A stretch of DNA of 62,623 nucleotides, counting the filler, from an uncultured bacterium (GTDB taxonomy: Bacteria > UBA8481): assembly GCA_964499705.1 (NCBI GenBank). It is 5 parts of 5 records of this genome, joined end to end, with 100 filler letters (N's around TTAATTAATTAA, not from the genome) between each part and the next. Parts side by side here need not be neighbours in the genome. Positions count along the whole stretch, not along the records: positions 31,422 to 59,396 come from CAZCME010000030.1; 4 more parts are not named here. One strand, written 5' to 3'. Positions 48,144 through 58,251 of the stretch are shown here, in pieces. The notes under the pieces were generated by a model. It did not search any database and had not been told where the DNA came from. It was given only the letters and a program-made list of their open reading frames with translations. A program made the position numbers and the translations under genes. How positions within the stretch are numbered: the first letter of the stretch is position 1; every line of letters begins with the position of its first letter.

Positions 48144-50020
48144 TGATTCCTCCTCAACAGGTGCTCATAAGAGCGGAAGAGATTGAGGACGATGGCAGGA
48201 CGCTCGAAGAATCCAGCCGCCTCTTCCGCGGAGGGAGCCTCTCTCGACCAAAGGAGAACGGCCTCGGCCGAGGATCCCAGCATGGAGAGAGCGGATCGTT
48301 CGTCCGGATGGGGTTTTCGAGTCATCAGAATCACCGACGGACGAATGTCGAGAGTGCGCAGGTCTTCACGAAGCGGAAGCGGTATGAGCCCCGGAGCGCC
48401 CCCTTCGCCACCCGCCCTGTAGAGAGTCCGATACACGCCCGCGAGCTCATCCCAACGTCCCGCCATTTCCGGAAGGTTCCCCAGGAGAAGAAGCTCCGCC
48501 GGCCGTTCTCTTCTCGGCGTATTCAACAGGACATCGAGCAGATACTCGCTGGTAAGGCGCCGTGAATCATAGAGGATGGCCGGGGGATTCGAAATGATTT
48601 GATGGATAAGCCGCAATGCTTCATTGGGATCGGCCCAGGAGTGGGAGCCGATATCCAGAAGAATGCGAGGATGCATATCCGCGGCAAGCTCCAATGCCTG
48701 ACCGAAGCCGGGCCAGCCTCCATAGGTGATTCTTCCCACGACGGCCCAATCCAGCTCGCCCAGAACCTCGCATAGAAGTGTCTCCTCGTCGTTGTCCGCG
48801 GACGGCGTGAGATCGAGGGCGATCTCGATGCGTTTTTTGGCGGCGTTCGATTGAAGGGCGAGAAGCATCTCTCGAATGGAATCCGGCTCGCGCCGAATCT
48901 GTTCGGGCCCGAAACGCTCGTTCGTGAAATCGGCGAGAGCGCGCGGCATGGTTCCTCCCGGATGGGGCTTGGGAATCGACCTGGCCAAACCCGCCAGCAT
49001 CGCCTCGTCCACCTTGACGGGATTCGACTGTCCGGTCTTGACGATGAGTCGCCGCACATCGACTCCGTTCACCTTCGCGGCATGCTCCACCTTGGAGAGG
49101 AAACTTGAATGGAACTTGCCGAAACCGCAGGCCACGGATGTCATATCGTGAAGGCGAATATTGTTCATGAGGGGATGCACATGTTTTTCCGCCGCCTCCA
49201 TGAGGATAAAGAGATCCACTCCAGTATGATGGTTCTCCATTTCCAGAGCGGCCACCAGGGTTTCTGTGGGCGCATTACCCGCGCTGCGGCCCAGCCCATA
49301 GAGACTGCCGTCGATCATGCCGGCGCCGGCCTTGAATGCGGCTATGGAATTGGCTGTCGCGAGTTGAAGGTTATTATGGCCGTGAAAGCCGAGGTTCACA
49401 GGAGTCGTTTTTCGAGCCTCTATCACATACTTGGAAACCTCGTCGGGCATCATGCCGCCGGCGGAATCCACGATGTAAACGGCGTCGGCGCCTGCATTCG
49501 CGATGGACGGCGCCCTGGCTCCGAATTCCTCCGGCGACAGCGCATAGGTTTTCATGAGATTGACGCAGACCATAAGTCCGAGATCCTTGGCGATTTTCAC
49601 GGAAGGAAATGCTTTTTCGATTTCCGTCGCGTCGTATCCGATGCGGACGAAATCGAGCCCTACCGCGGCGGCTTGCTTCAGATCCGATTCCCTTCCGATT
49701 CCGGGTATGAAGAAAACACCGATGCGGGCGTCGCCCGCGACGGACTTCGCGGCGCGGATGCAATCCATATTTTCGCCGCGTCTTCCCCCTTTTCCAGACT
49801 CGGAAGCTCCGAGTCCCAGGCCGTGGCCTACTTCGATGAATCGGAGCCCGGCGATGGAAAGCGCCTCGACCAGGATGGCCGTATCCCGCGGCGTGAAAAA
49901 ATGGTCGACTGCGTAGCTTCCGTCCCGAAGCGTGCAATCGAGAATATGAACCGAACGCTCGTCATCCTCGACGCCGGTCCTGAAGACCGGGGCACCGACG
50001 GTATCTTTCTGATCGAGCAC
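48140..50020 (-). CDS. DRE-TIM aldolase (4-hydroxy-2-oxovalerate aldolase-like) with long C-terminal extension
   Basis: LDCTLRDG, EVGHG, VDSAG, FHGHNN, GRSAGN, HSSF. Confidence 0.85.
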   Translation of the reverse strand: MLDQKDTVGAPVFRTGVEDDERSVHILDCTLRDGSYAVDHFFTPRDTAILVEALSIAGLRFIEVGHGLGLGASESGKGGRRGENMDCIRAAKSVAGDARIGVFFIPGIGRESDLKQAAAVGLDFVRIGYDATEIEKAFPSVKIAKDLGLMVCVNLMKTYALSPEEFGARAPSIANAGADAVYIVDSAGGMMPDEVSKYVIEARKTTPVNLGFHGHNNLQLATANSIAAFKAGAGMIDGSLYGLGRSAGNAPTETLVAALEMENHHTGVDLFILMEAAEKHVHPLMNNIRLHDMTSVACGFGKFHSSFLSKVEHAAKVNGVDVRRLIVKTGQSNPVKVDEAMLAGLARSIPKPHPGGTMPRALADFTNERFGPEQIRREPDSIREMLLALQSNAAKKRIEIALDLTPSADNDEETLLCEVLGELDWAVVGRITYGGWPGFGQALELAADMHPRILLDIGSHSWADPNEALRLIHQIISNPPAILYDSRRLTSEYLLDVLLNTPRRERPAELLLLGNLPEMAGRWDELAGVYRTLYRAGGEGGAPGLIPLPLREDLRTLDIRPSVILMTRKPHPDERSALSMLGSSAEAVLLWSREAPSAEEAAGFFERPAIVLNLFRSYEHLLRRNQ

Positions 50021-50112
50021 GGTTCATTATGGATAGGGGCGGTTGCGGAGGTCAACGAAAAACGTGTCGGGAAGATCTCACATCGACACAGCGTTGTCGG
50101 GTGTCGCCCGCT

Positions 50113-51486
50113 TCAATAGCCCCACATGCGCGAAGGGGTACGCCGGCTGAATGTCGTCGAGCCGTACCGGTCGAAGGAACCCGGATGCGAAAGTTCCACC
50201 AGGTTCTTTTCCTGAAACCTTCCGATCCATTCCCGCAAGGTATCAAAGGGGATGTCGAATTCGTCCGCGATCTGAAAGATGGTGAGTCGGCCGTCGAAAT
50301 AGCGGGGTAGCAAATCCTGGAGCTGCCCCAGCTTCAGATCCAGCTCCGTGATCCGCTTGCGGATGTTCGGTTCCGGCCTCTCCACGTACAGGTCATATTT
50401 CGGATTCGATAATGCCACGAGCCCCTCGAAATTCCTGCGGATCATCCTGTCGTTTTCGAAAACGCCGATCATTTTCTTCAAGAGTTCGAGAGTCTCTTCC
50501 AGGCGTGTCCTGGAGATGATCCCCGTGTTATCTTCGCTGGTGTGATACTGCGGATAGGGAAAGCGCGAGATCGAGATCATGGGAATCTCGATGCCCGGCG
50601 CTTCCCAGACCGTTTCGTCGTTTCCGACGATCGTGCGGAACGAGCCGACTCTGCATCCCGGATGAGACTCCTTCAGGATGTGCTCGGCGGCGCGGTCGAT
50701 GAGCGTGTCGCCCGAGAAGCTTTTCTGGAGGACGAGCGGCGTATCGCTTCCCGGCATCTCGACGAAACAACCGAGCTTGAATCGCCGCAATTCCTCCGCG
50801 TCGAGACCGGCTATGTAGAAGACCGTGCCAAGATGCTCCGGCGCCAGAACGGCTCGATAGGAATAATGCGTCTTCTGTTCGCGCAGCCATTTGAAAAGTT
50901 CCAATATCACCATGCAGCCCGCCATGTCGTCGTTGGCCTGGCAGGGATGACACGTGTGTGCGTTGAACACGACCGTCTCCGGATGCTCGCCTTCATGAAG
51001 GCATTCCCCCACGAGCATCCTGCCCGGCGTCAGCTCCGTTTCGAGCTCGATCTTGTATGTCCCGCCCCCCCACTTCCTGTATTCGGCGTAAGGAATGCAA
51101 AATCCCCAGTGTTTCGCCCACGGTCGATAATTGAACGTGCTGTGAAAAGCGTAAGCCTCCGGAAAATCCCTGTTGTAATAGACGTGCCGGTCCAATTCCT
51201 CTTTCGAAACGGTTCCGGTGAATGATGTCGAGTAACCTGCGACGGCCATCGGATGAATCGTTCCGTCGAAGAGAAGTCCGTCGTCTCCGCTGATTCGCGC
51301 GCGCGATACGATCCAGTTATGGGGAACGACCCAGCCGTTGTGCTCCTGGCCGGACGGATATTCGCGCATCCGCAGGGGATGAATTTCCCGGAGGAGCTCG
51401 AAGGCGCGCCTGTTATCGTCCTGAGAAACGCCGAGATTCAAAGTCAGAATCTTCTCGAGGATATCCATCCGGAATGTATCGTTCAT
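50113..51486 (-). CDS. DUF4910-type M28 aminopeptidase-like protein of polysaccharide loci
   Basis: WVVPHNW, WGFCI, HTCHPCQANDD, GNDE, YHTSED, C-terminal wHTH. Confidence 0.8.
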   Translation of the reverse strand: MNDTFRMDILEKILTLNLGVSQDDNRRAFELLREIHPLRMREYPSGQEHNGWVVPHNWIVSRARISGDDGLLFDGTIHPMAVAGYSTSFTGTVSKEELDRHVYYNRDFPEAYAFHSTFNYRPWAKHWGFCIPYAEYRKWGGGTYKIELETELTPGRMLVGECLHEGEHPETVVFNAHTCHPCQANDDMAGCMVILELFKWLREQKTHYSYRAVLAPEHLGTVFYIAGLDAEELRRFKLGCFVEMPGSDTPLVLQKSFSGDTLIDRAAEHILKESHPGCRVGSFRTIVGNDETVWEAPGIEIPMISISRFPYPQYHTSEDNTGIISRTRLEETLELLKKMIGVFENDRMIRRNFEGLVALSNPKYDLYVERPEPNIRKRITELDLKLGQLQDLLPRYFDGRLTIFQIADEFDIPFDTLREWIGRFQEKNLVELSHPGSFDRYGSTTFSRRTPSRMWGY

Positions 51487-51507
51487 GCGCTTTTCATCGA
51501 GGCGTAA

Positions 51508-51537
51508 ATTATAGAAGGGACGCGTCGTTCGATGCAA
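51508..51537 (-). promoter_or_regulatory. Putative internal sigma70 promoter
   Basis: Minus strand TTGCAT-N18-TATAAT. Confidence 0.5.
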
Positions 51538-51558
51538 AGTCAATTTCAAAGCGATACC

Positions 51559-53301
51559 TCACCCGAACCACCGCCTCCACCATGCCTCGACCGCGGCGAA
51601 TTGCCAGAGAAACATCGAATGATCCGCCTGTCCGGCCCGGTGTTCCGCCGCGATGCGCGCCAGAACGTTTGCGTCGTAGAGGGACTTCGTCATCCATTCG
51701 GATGAGTGCAGATGAGCTTCCAGTTTGTCGAGCGCGGCGCCTCGGAACATCTGGTCGGCCGGCGATGCCCAGCCCATCTTGCGCGCGCGGTTCAAGACGT
51801 TGTCGGGCAGCACGCCCCGCATCGCGCGTCGCAGGACGCGCTTGGTGATTCCGTCGCGGATCTTCCAGGGGCCCGGCAGCGGCATCGCCAGTTCGACGAC
51901 ACGATGATCCAGAAATGGAAATCTGATCTCCATTCCGTGAGCGCCCGCGTTCAAGGTGGCGGCGCGGAGACAGGGGAGAGTCGTTTCGGCGCGCAGATCC
52001 TGCCAGAGGCGATTTTTCAGATAGGAGACCCAGGGATTATCGAGGACGGGCGCCGACCCGGCCGCCTTCCGCATTTCCATGGAAAGAGCCGGGATGTAGC
52101 GGCCGTGCCGTTCGGGGTCCGTTCTGACTCGGCCTCCGGGATCCCGCATTCTCGACCATATCTTTTCCACGAGATCCCGGCTTTTCCGGTGAACGGGATG
52201 ATCGTGCAGCTTCACCCACTCCTCGATTTCGTGCCGCAGCGCTTCTTGTTCGCCCGCCTCATCGAGATCCGCGAAGTGGAAGAAGAAGTGCTCGAATTCG
52301 CCGGCAAAAAGCTCGTCTCCGCCCAGTCCTCCGAAAAACAATCGGCAGCCCCGACGCGAGACTTCCTTCTGCATCATATAATCCCAAAGCCACGTGACCG
52401 TGACGACGGGTTCGTCATGAACCGATTGCAATTCGGTGGCGGCCTCCAGGAAATCCGGGATCGTGTCGATGATGATCGGATTCCAAGTTCCGAAATGCGC
52501 CGCGGTCTCCTTTGCTTCGATCGCTTCGTCATCCTTCCAGCCCGCGAAGGATGTTGTGAAGATCGGCGGCCTCGCATTCTCCGCCGAGGCGGCGAGAGCC
52601 AGGATGCTCGAGGAATCCATGCCCGACGAAAGCGCGAATCCCGCCTGGGTCATGCGTCCGGCGGAGCGTCGCCGGACAGCGTCGGCAAGCAGGGAGCGCA
52701 GGCTGTCGGCCGCTTCCTGTTCATCTTTGTACGGCGATTGTTCAACGATGTTGCGCTCGTCCCAGTAGGATTCCTCGTGGAATCCGTCCGCGGTGACGCG
52801 GAGCAGCGTGCCTCCAGGTAATTGTTCCACGCCGGCAAATGCGGTCGTCCGGCGGTTGCCCTCGACATGCCTGTAGTGCGTCCCGATGAACCGGGCCAGC
52901 GTTTCATGGCACGGAGCGCGGGGGATTTCCGGCAGAGACAGAAGCAGATGGATCGAAGTGGCGAAATAGGTCTTCTCGCGCTGTCGGACGACGAAAAGCG
53001 GGTAGAATCCGATCCGGTCCCGAATCAGCGTGAGCCCTTTGTCTCGACCGTCGTAGATGGCGGCGACGTATTCGCCCCAGATGAGGTTCATCCAATTCTT
53101 CTCATGGTGATGCAAGTGCGAGATCAAGCCGGCGGCGCCAGCCGGAGCGTCGGGATGGTCGCGTCTCAGCTCGGTTTCGTTGGCGAGAAAGCCTGAGAAT
53201 GCGGCGATGACGTCTCCGCTCCGATATACTTCACTGCCCTGCAGGAATTTGAAGCAAGGCAACCCGCCCGGATCGAAGACGCCTAGGAAAGGGGATATCA
53301 C
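51559..53301 (-). CDS. Asparagine synthase-like amide ligase lacking the catalytic N-terminal Cys
   Basis: RDRIG, LSSGMDSS, GLGGDELF, EIRFPFLD, RKMGW; N-terminus MISPFLG. Confidence 0.85.
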   Translation of the reverse strand: MISPFLGVFDPGGLPCFKFLQGSEVYRSGDVIAAFSGFLANETELRRDHPDAPAGAAGLISHLHHHEKNWMNLIWGEYVAAIYDGRDKGLTLIRDRIGFYPLFVVRQREKTYFATSIHLLLSLPEIPRAPCHETLARFIGTHYRHVEGNRRTTAFAGVEQLPGGTLLRVTADGFHEESYWDERNIVEQSPYKDEQEAADSLRSLLADAVRRRSAGRMTQAGFALSSGMDSSSILALAASAENARPPIFTTSFAGWKDDEAIEAKETAAHFGTWNPIIIDTIPDFLEAATELQSVHDEPVVTVTWLWDYMMQKEVSRRGCRLFFGGLGGDELFAGEFEHFFFHFADLDEAGEQEALRHEIEEWVKLHDHPVHRKSRDLVEKIWSRMRDPGGRVRTDPERHGRYIPALSMEMRKAAGSAPVLDNPWVSYLKNRLWQDLRAETTLPCLRAATLNAGAHGMEIRFPFLDHRVVELAMPLPGPWKIRDGITKRVLRRAMRGVLPDNVLNRARKMGWASPADQMFRGAALDKLEAHLHSSEWMTKSLYDANVLARIAAEHRAGQADHSMFLWQFAAVEAWWRRWFG

Positions 53302-53316
53302 GAAGGAAGCCGCTTT

Positions 53317-54057
53317 CTAGCGGACGGCATAGACGGCCCACATGCCTTGTTTGTAACTTTCATATCCTCGCCTGCGAGCTTCCTCTTCGGGCAGATCGTA
53401 GTCCACGCGGCAGGGGTCCACGATCTGAAATCCGCGGAGCAATTCCAGCAGTTCTTCGCGCCTGTAAAAATGGGCCAGCCCGATGTTCGTCAGGTAGAGC
53501 TTTGACTTCCCTTCGGTGAGCGTCAAAGTTCCCGGATCATCGGGAACCTGGTTCTCCCCCTTTTCAAGAAACAGGGAGTGATGTTCGCTCAGCATGTAGC
53601 CCGCGAAAATTCCGCCGGGCTTCAGGAGCCGTCGGACCTCCTGAAACGCTTTCATGCGTTCGTCCCTCGATAAATGCTGGAAGACGCAGGCTTCCACGAT
53701 GCCGTCGAATGAAGCGTCCGGGAATGGCACGGCATCGGCGCCGGCCTCGCGCAGTTCTCCGATCCGTTCATCGAATCCTCGATGTGCCAGATGGGTTCGG
53801 CACAGGTCCAGCGCCGTCGTGGAAATATCGATCCCGCTGACGCGCACGCCCTTTTCAGCGAGCCATACCAGGTTCGGTCCGGCGCCGCAGCCGATCTCGA
53901 GAAAGTGAAGATTGCCATATTCGGACGGGTCTCTGCGGCCGCGCAGATAGTAGGCGATATTTCTGATGAGCGCCTCGACGGGCGCGGTGTTGAACGCGTG
54001 TCGCGCGATCTGTTCCTGGAAGGATGCTTCCCATAATGCCTTGGTATCCTGTTTCAT
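53317..54057 (-). CDS. Class I SAM-dependent methyltransferase
   Basis: LEIGCGAG, GIDIS, LKPGG. Confidence 0.85.
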   Translation of the reverse strand: MKQDTKALWEASFQEQIARHAFNTAPVEALIRNIAYYLRGRRDPSEYGNLHFLEIGCGAGPNLVWLAEKGVRVSGIDISTTALDLCRTHLAHRGFDERIGELREAGADAVPFPDASFDGIVEACVFQHLSRDERMKAFQEVRRLLKPGGIFAGYMLSEHHSLFLEKGENQVPDDPGTLTLTEGKSKLYLTNIGLAHFYRREELLELLRGFQIVDPCRVDYDLPEEEARRRGYESYKQGMWAVYAVR

Positions 54058-55262
54058 TCCTGTGTCTCCTTGATAGATCCCGCCGACAAAAATGCCCTCA
54101 ATGTGAATTTTCCGCTCGGCTCACGCAGTCGCTCGAGGCAATCGACTCGAAATCCCGCCTTCTGGGCCGTCAACGCCAGGGACGCGGCGCTGTAGACATG
54201 CCAGTGCTCGATGAAGAACTCTTCGCGCTCCGGTCCGTGCTCCGCGGCGGCTTCGCCGTCGGGAACTTCGACGTACACGACTCCGTCCGGTTTGAGATGC
54301 CTGCGCGCGAGCGCCAGGAAGGAAATCGGTTCGAGAACATGCTCCGCGACTTTATTGAACGTGATGAGGTGGAATCTCCGATCGAAGGATGCGGTCGCGA
54401 AATCGGCGCAGACCGCGCTGACGCCGACTTGCCTGCGCGCGTGCTCGACCGCCCTTGGATCCGGATCCAGCGCCGTGGCGTCCCATCCCGCTTCTTTCAT
54501 CACGGCTGGGAAAACGCAGAGACCGGACCCGACGTCCAGCAGCGTCCGGGAACCGGCGTCCATGGCCCGACGATCCTGGACGTATTCCAGGATGCGTTTT
54601 GCGCGCCCCCTGTTGTCCGATTTCTCAGGTGGCATGTCCATGATGCGCCGAAAATTCTTCAGGACGCCTTCTTCATCGCGGTATGTCGCGCTGACGTAAT
54701 CATCCTTGTAGAGACCGGATAAATCCAGGGTGTGCCGCGAGACGAAATGTCCCGTGACGGCCGAGCGGAGGATTTCGCGGCGATAGTGGCCTTCGGTGAT
54801 CGGAAAGCGCGTTTCACCGGCCGGAGGTTCCGTGTAGAGAAAGACGCGCTCCCATTCTTCCAGCCCGGACGGGCATCCAGGCTGGTTCTTCGCGACCGAG
54901 GGATAGGGGCGGGAGAGAGGTTCTTTCTGATCGAGCCATGAGACGAGCGAAATCCCTTCGTCCGCCATGTACTTCTCCATCACAGGTTCGCAGCCCCGTT
55001 CCACGAGCCAGATAAAGTGCGTCCCGTCATGACTCCGGATGAGCGCCGCGCGCAGACCGAAATGTACGAGCCTGCGATTCAGAGAAGGCGTGGCGTAGAA
55101 TCCCCATTCTTTTCTCGTGATGTCCCATTCTCCGCCGCCTGGAAGACATACCGTGACCTGTTCGTCTGGATCGAGGCGGAGCCGGCCGCAATCCTTCAGG
55201 ACGATTCTGCCGCCCGCTCCCACGGAAAACTCGCGGGGAGGTTGAATCGCTTCAAATTTCAT
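54054..55262 (-). CDS. SAM-dependent methyltransferase with distinct N-terminal domain
   Basis: N-terminal PPREFSVG...WGFYATPSLN domain; LLDVGSGL, NKVAEHV, YVEVPD. Confidence 0.8.
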   Translation of the reverse strand: MKFEAIQPPREFSVGAGGRIVLKDCGRLRLDPDEQVTVCLPGGGEWDITRKEWGFYATPSLNRRLVHFGLRAALIRSHDGTHFIWLVERGCEPVMEKYMADEGISLVSWLDQKEPLSRPYPSVAKNQPGCPSGLEEWERVFLYTEPPAGETRFPITEGHYRREILRSAVTGHFVSRHTLDLSGLYKDDYVSATYRDEEGVLKNFRRIMDMPPEKSDNRGRAKRILEYVQDRRAMDAGSRTLLDVGSGLCVFPAVMKEAGWDATALDPDPRAVEHARRQVGVSAVCADFATASFDRRFHLITFNKVAEHVLEPISFLALARRHLKPDGVVYVEVPDGEAAAEHGPEREEFFIEHWHVYSAASLALTAQKAGFRVDCLERLREPSGKFTLRAFLSAGSIKETQE

Positions 55263-56397
55263 AAGCGGCCCAGTTCCATTCCGGCAATATGAAGTCCTTC
55301 AACTTCCATACTCCGGCATCCTTGCTCCAGATATCGGGATTCCGATACCGCTCATGGATCTCCCGGAATTCCGAGATCTCCATTCCCAGATACGAGCAGA
55401 GCCGCTCGGTATCTTTTCGCGGCGCGCCGGAAGTGTTTCGCGCGAGTATGTCGAGCGCCTCTCCGCGTGTGAGGCGCCCGTTCCTGATCTCGATCGAAAG
55501 GTTGTCGAATTCCCGGAGGATTCCGAATTTAGGCCACTTCAGATAATGATGAACGGAGATGAAATCGTCGTCGATATCCGCGAAGTCATAATGACCCGTG
55601 ATCGGTCCTTCCGCGCGGGCGCGGAACCCGTGCTGTCTCGCGACCTCGAATGTGTGCTGGGGGTCCCAGGCGAAGTAGTATCCCAGAAAGACGGCAAGGA
55701 GCCCGGCTTCCTCGAGTTCTTCCTCCGCCGGTCCGAAATACGGCGTCAATTCCTTTTCCGTCAATTCCGCCCCGATCCATTCGACCGCGGTCGTCCCGTG
55801 CGTGACGCCGTGCTTGCGGAGCCAATTGGAATTCAAGCGGAAACCAAGCCGTTCCTCGCCGGAACCTCCGTATTCGAAGGCCGAGTTTTCACCCCAGACC
55901 ACCAGGGGGATTCGCATCATGATCGCGATCTTCAAGGGGATCTGAAACAGGGCCATGTGCATGGGGATGGCGGGGGATCCGAAGCGGTGCAGAGCTTGAC
56001 GCATGAATTTCCGCTCCACGTCAGGAGCGATTCGATAATCGATGTGGTCGACGCCTAGCGAGATGAGATTTTCAAGATTCTTGCGACCGATTTCGGTGCG
56101 CGAAGGAGGAGCCCACGTGACGGTCAACGGCTTGAGGCCGTATTCGAGGCATGTGACGACCTGCCAGGTGCTGTCCTTGCCGCCGGAGACGGGAATCAGA
56201 CAATCGTAACCGGTAGAGCCTCTCGTCGCGACACGCCGCTTCGCGTTTTCGACGACGGATCGGAATGCGGACTCTCTTTCCTTCCAGTCGATCCGATCCC
56301 TCAGATCGTGAGTGTGGCAGGCGTTGCAGATACCGTCATCGTGGAGAAACAGGTGTGGTCTCGTGTCGGGCAGAATGCATCGCCTGCAGTACTTCAC
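55252..56397 (-). CDS. N-acetyl sugar amidotransferase (WbuX/PseA-like, PP-loop)
   Basis: KYCRRCILPDTRP, CNAC, YDCLIPVSGGKDS, WGEN, KWPKFG, IRNG; GTG start overlaps the asnB stop. Confidence 0.9.
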   Translation of the reverse strand: MKYCRRCILPDTRPHLFLHDDGICNACHTHDLRDRIDWKERESAFRSVVENAKRRVATRGSTGYDCLIPVSGGKDSTWQVVTCLEYGLKPLTVTWAPPSRTEIGRKNLENLISLGVDHIDYRIAPDVERKFMRQALHRFGSPAIPMHMALFQIPLKIAIMMRIPLVVWGENSAFEYGGSGEERLGFRLNSNWLRKHGVTHGTTAVEWIGAELTEKELTPYFGPAEEELEEAGLLAVFLGYYFAWDPQHTFEVARQHGFRARAEGPITGHYDFADIDDDFISVHHYLKWPKFGILREFDNLSIEIRNGRLTRGEALDILARNTSGAPRKDTERLCSYLGMEISEFREIHERYRNPDIWSKDAGVWKLKDFILPEWNWAAYEI

Positions 56398-58223
56398 GAA
56401 GTGAACTCCTCGAGAAACATGCGGGCGTTGATGAAGTTGAAGAGAAACTTGCTTTCGCTGTTCAACAGTTCGGGCTTGTTCAGCAGGGAATCGATCCGAT
56501 CCCTCCGCACATGCTCGAAGATCGGGCTGTCGGCGAGGAGTTCGCCGCGGACCTCGGGCGCTTTCGTATCCAGACAGGAGTGCAAGGCGAGATTGAATCC
56601 CACTTTCCGCGCGCTGTCCAGAACGCAATCCGGCGCGAGGCCTCTCATGGCGTCCCGCAGGAGAGCTTTGGCGACGCCGTTTCTGATGAGGTGTCGCGTG
56701 GGAATGCGGAGGCAGAATTCGCAAAGGGCCCGGTCCAGGAAAGGAGATCGATTCTCAATGGAAAAGGACATGGCATTGAGATCGTCCTCGTGAAGGATCA
56801 CAGGAACGCTCTCGTGCAGGAGCTCGTTGAGCATCCGATTTCGGAGAAGATGCCCGGAGTAATGTTCCTCCGCGAACGGCTCATGCCATGGTTCTCGCAG
56901 ATAGGATGCGAATTCGTCCGCGTTCAGATAAATGTGGTCTCGACGGGACGCGTCCTTCAAAAAGTAGTCCGGGTCGGACAGAAATGGATTTCTTACCCAC
57001 GGCTGAACCGTCCGACGCCATGACTCCACGGATTGATCCAGCAATTCCCGGTCATTCCTGATCTCCGAAAAATACGCGAGGTGATGATCGTAATATCCGG
57101 ACATGAGCTCGTCCGCCCCCGTTCCCGACAGCGAGACGCGGTAGCCGCTCGCGGCGATCTCCTTCATGATCAACCAGTGCGCGTAGTAAGTGATGGTGTA
57201 TACAGGAGCGTCATGCTGGCGCACCAGATCTCGGAGACGCGGCAGAAAGTCGTGAGGATCGGCGGGTATGAGGGTATGCCGGAGACCCTGTTCTTTCACC
57301 GCGCGGAGCACGATCTCCTCTTCGTCGTAGCGCTGATCGTCGGACGTGATCGTGAAGCCATGAACGTCGTATCCATGCACTTTCCTCGCGATGGATATGA
57401 GCGCGTTGGAATCCACGCCGCCGCTCATGCAGAATGCCAGGGGCACATCCGATCGCAGGCGGATATCCACGGCGCGCAGGAGGCTCGCGCGGATTCCATC
57501 GAGAGCGTTTTCATAAGTGAGGGCGTCATCCGGTTGAAACCGCGGGCTCCAGTAACGCTTCGTCGAAACTTCCGCGTCAACCCGGAAACGGCTCCACGTG
57601 GCCGCGGGCAGCTCCCGGATATCTTCGAAGAAAGTCTCGTTCCGCTTGTACAAGGACTTGTATCCGTTCACGAGATAGCGTTTCAGATGGCCGATGTTCA
57701 CGGGAGAGGGCCCGCGGAGAGCGAAGAGGCATTTGATCTCCGAGGCGAAATAGACGCCGTCGGGCATGACCGAGATATAAAGAGGTTTTTCGCCGAATCG
57801 ATCCCGGCAGAGCACCAATTCTCCGGAGGCTTCGTCGTAAAGCGCGAACGCCCACATTCCTTCGCAACGGTCCAGACCGTCCAGGCCACGGGCCCGGAGT
57901 TGCTCGATCAAAACCTCCGTGTCGCATCTGGTCTTGAAAGATGTTCCTTCCGATTCAAGCTCCGCGCGCAGCTCCACATAGTTGTAGAGCTCGCCGTTGA
58001 AGGCGATCCACTGGCGGCCGCTCTGAAAGGGCTGGTTCGCTCTCGGATCCAGATCGATGATCGAGAGTCGTGTGTGAAGCAGGTAGGCATTATGTCCAGA
58101 GGGGTGATGCCACTGCTTCACTCCCGCCGCGTCCGGGCCGCGGTGGCGCATGAGATCCAGGCATCGGCGGATCCGATCATCTTCAATCGTGCCGGCTCCC
58201 CAGTAACCCGCGATACCGCACAC
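56394..58223 (-). CDS. asnB: Asparagine synthase (glutamine-hydrolysing) family amidotransferase
   Basis: MCGIAG, HRGPD, RLSIID, NGELYN, SGGVDS, GADE, ENRSPFLD. Confidence 0.92.
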   Translation of the reverse strand: MCGIAGYWGAGTIEDDRIRRCLDLMRHRGPDAAGVKQWHHPSGHNAYLLHTRLSIIDLDPRANQPFQSGRQWIAFNGELYNYVELRAELESEGTSFKTRCDTEVLIEQLRARGLDGLDRCEGMWAFALYDEASGELVLCRDRFGEKPLYISVMPDGVYFASEIKCLFALRGPSPVNIGHLKRYLVNGYKSLYKRNETFFEDIRELPAATWSRFRVDAEVSTKRYWSPRFQPDDALTYENALDGIRASLLRAVDIRLRSDVPLAFCMSGGVDSNALISIARKVHGYDVHGFTITSDDQRYDEEEIVLRAVKEQGLRHTLIPADPHDFLPRLRDLVRQHDAPVYTITYYAHWLIMKEIAASGYRVSLSGTGADELMSGYYDHHLAYFSEIRNDRELLDQSVESWRRTVQPWVRNPFLSDPDYFLKDASRRDHIYLNADEFASYLREPWHEPFAEEHYSGHLLRNRMLNELLHESVPVILHEDDLNAMSFSIENRSPFLDRALCEFCLRIPTRHLIRNGVAKALLRDAMRGLAPDCVLDSARKVGFNLALHSCLDTKAPEVRGELLADSPIFEHVRRDRIDSLLNKPELLNSESKFLFNFINARMFLEEFTS

Positions 58224-58251
58224 CGGATTTATCGACCTGTCGTGGGAATCG

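Noticed and set aside
51559-53301. Cys-less AsnB as a lasso-peptide cyclase
   Set aside because: No B1/B2 proteins or precursor peptide nearby; context is sugar tailoring.
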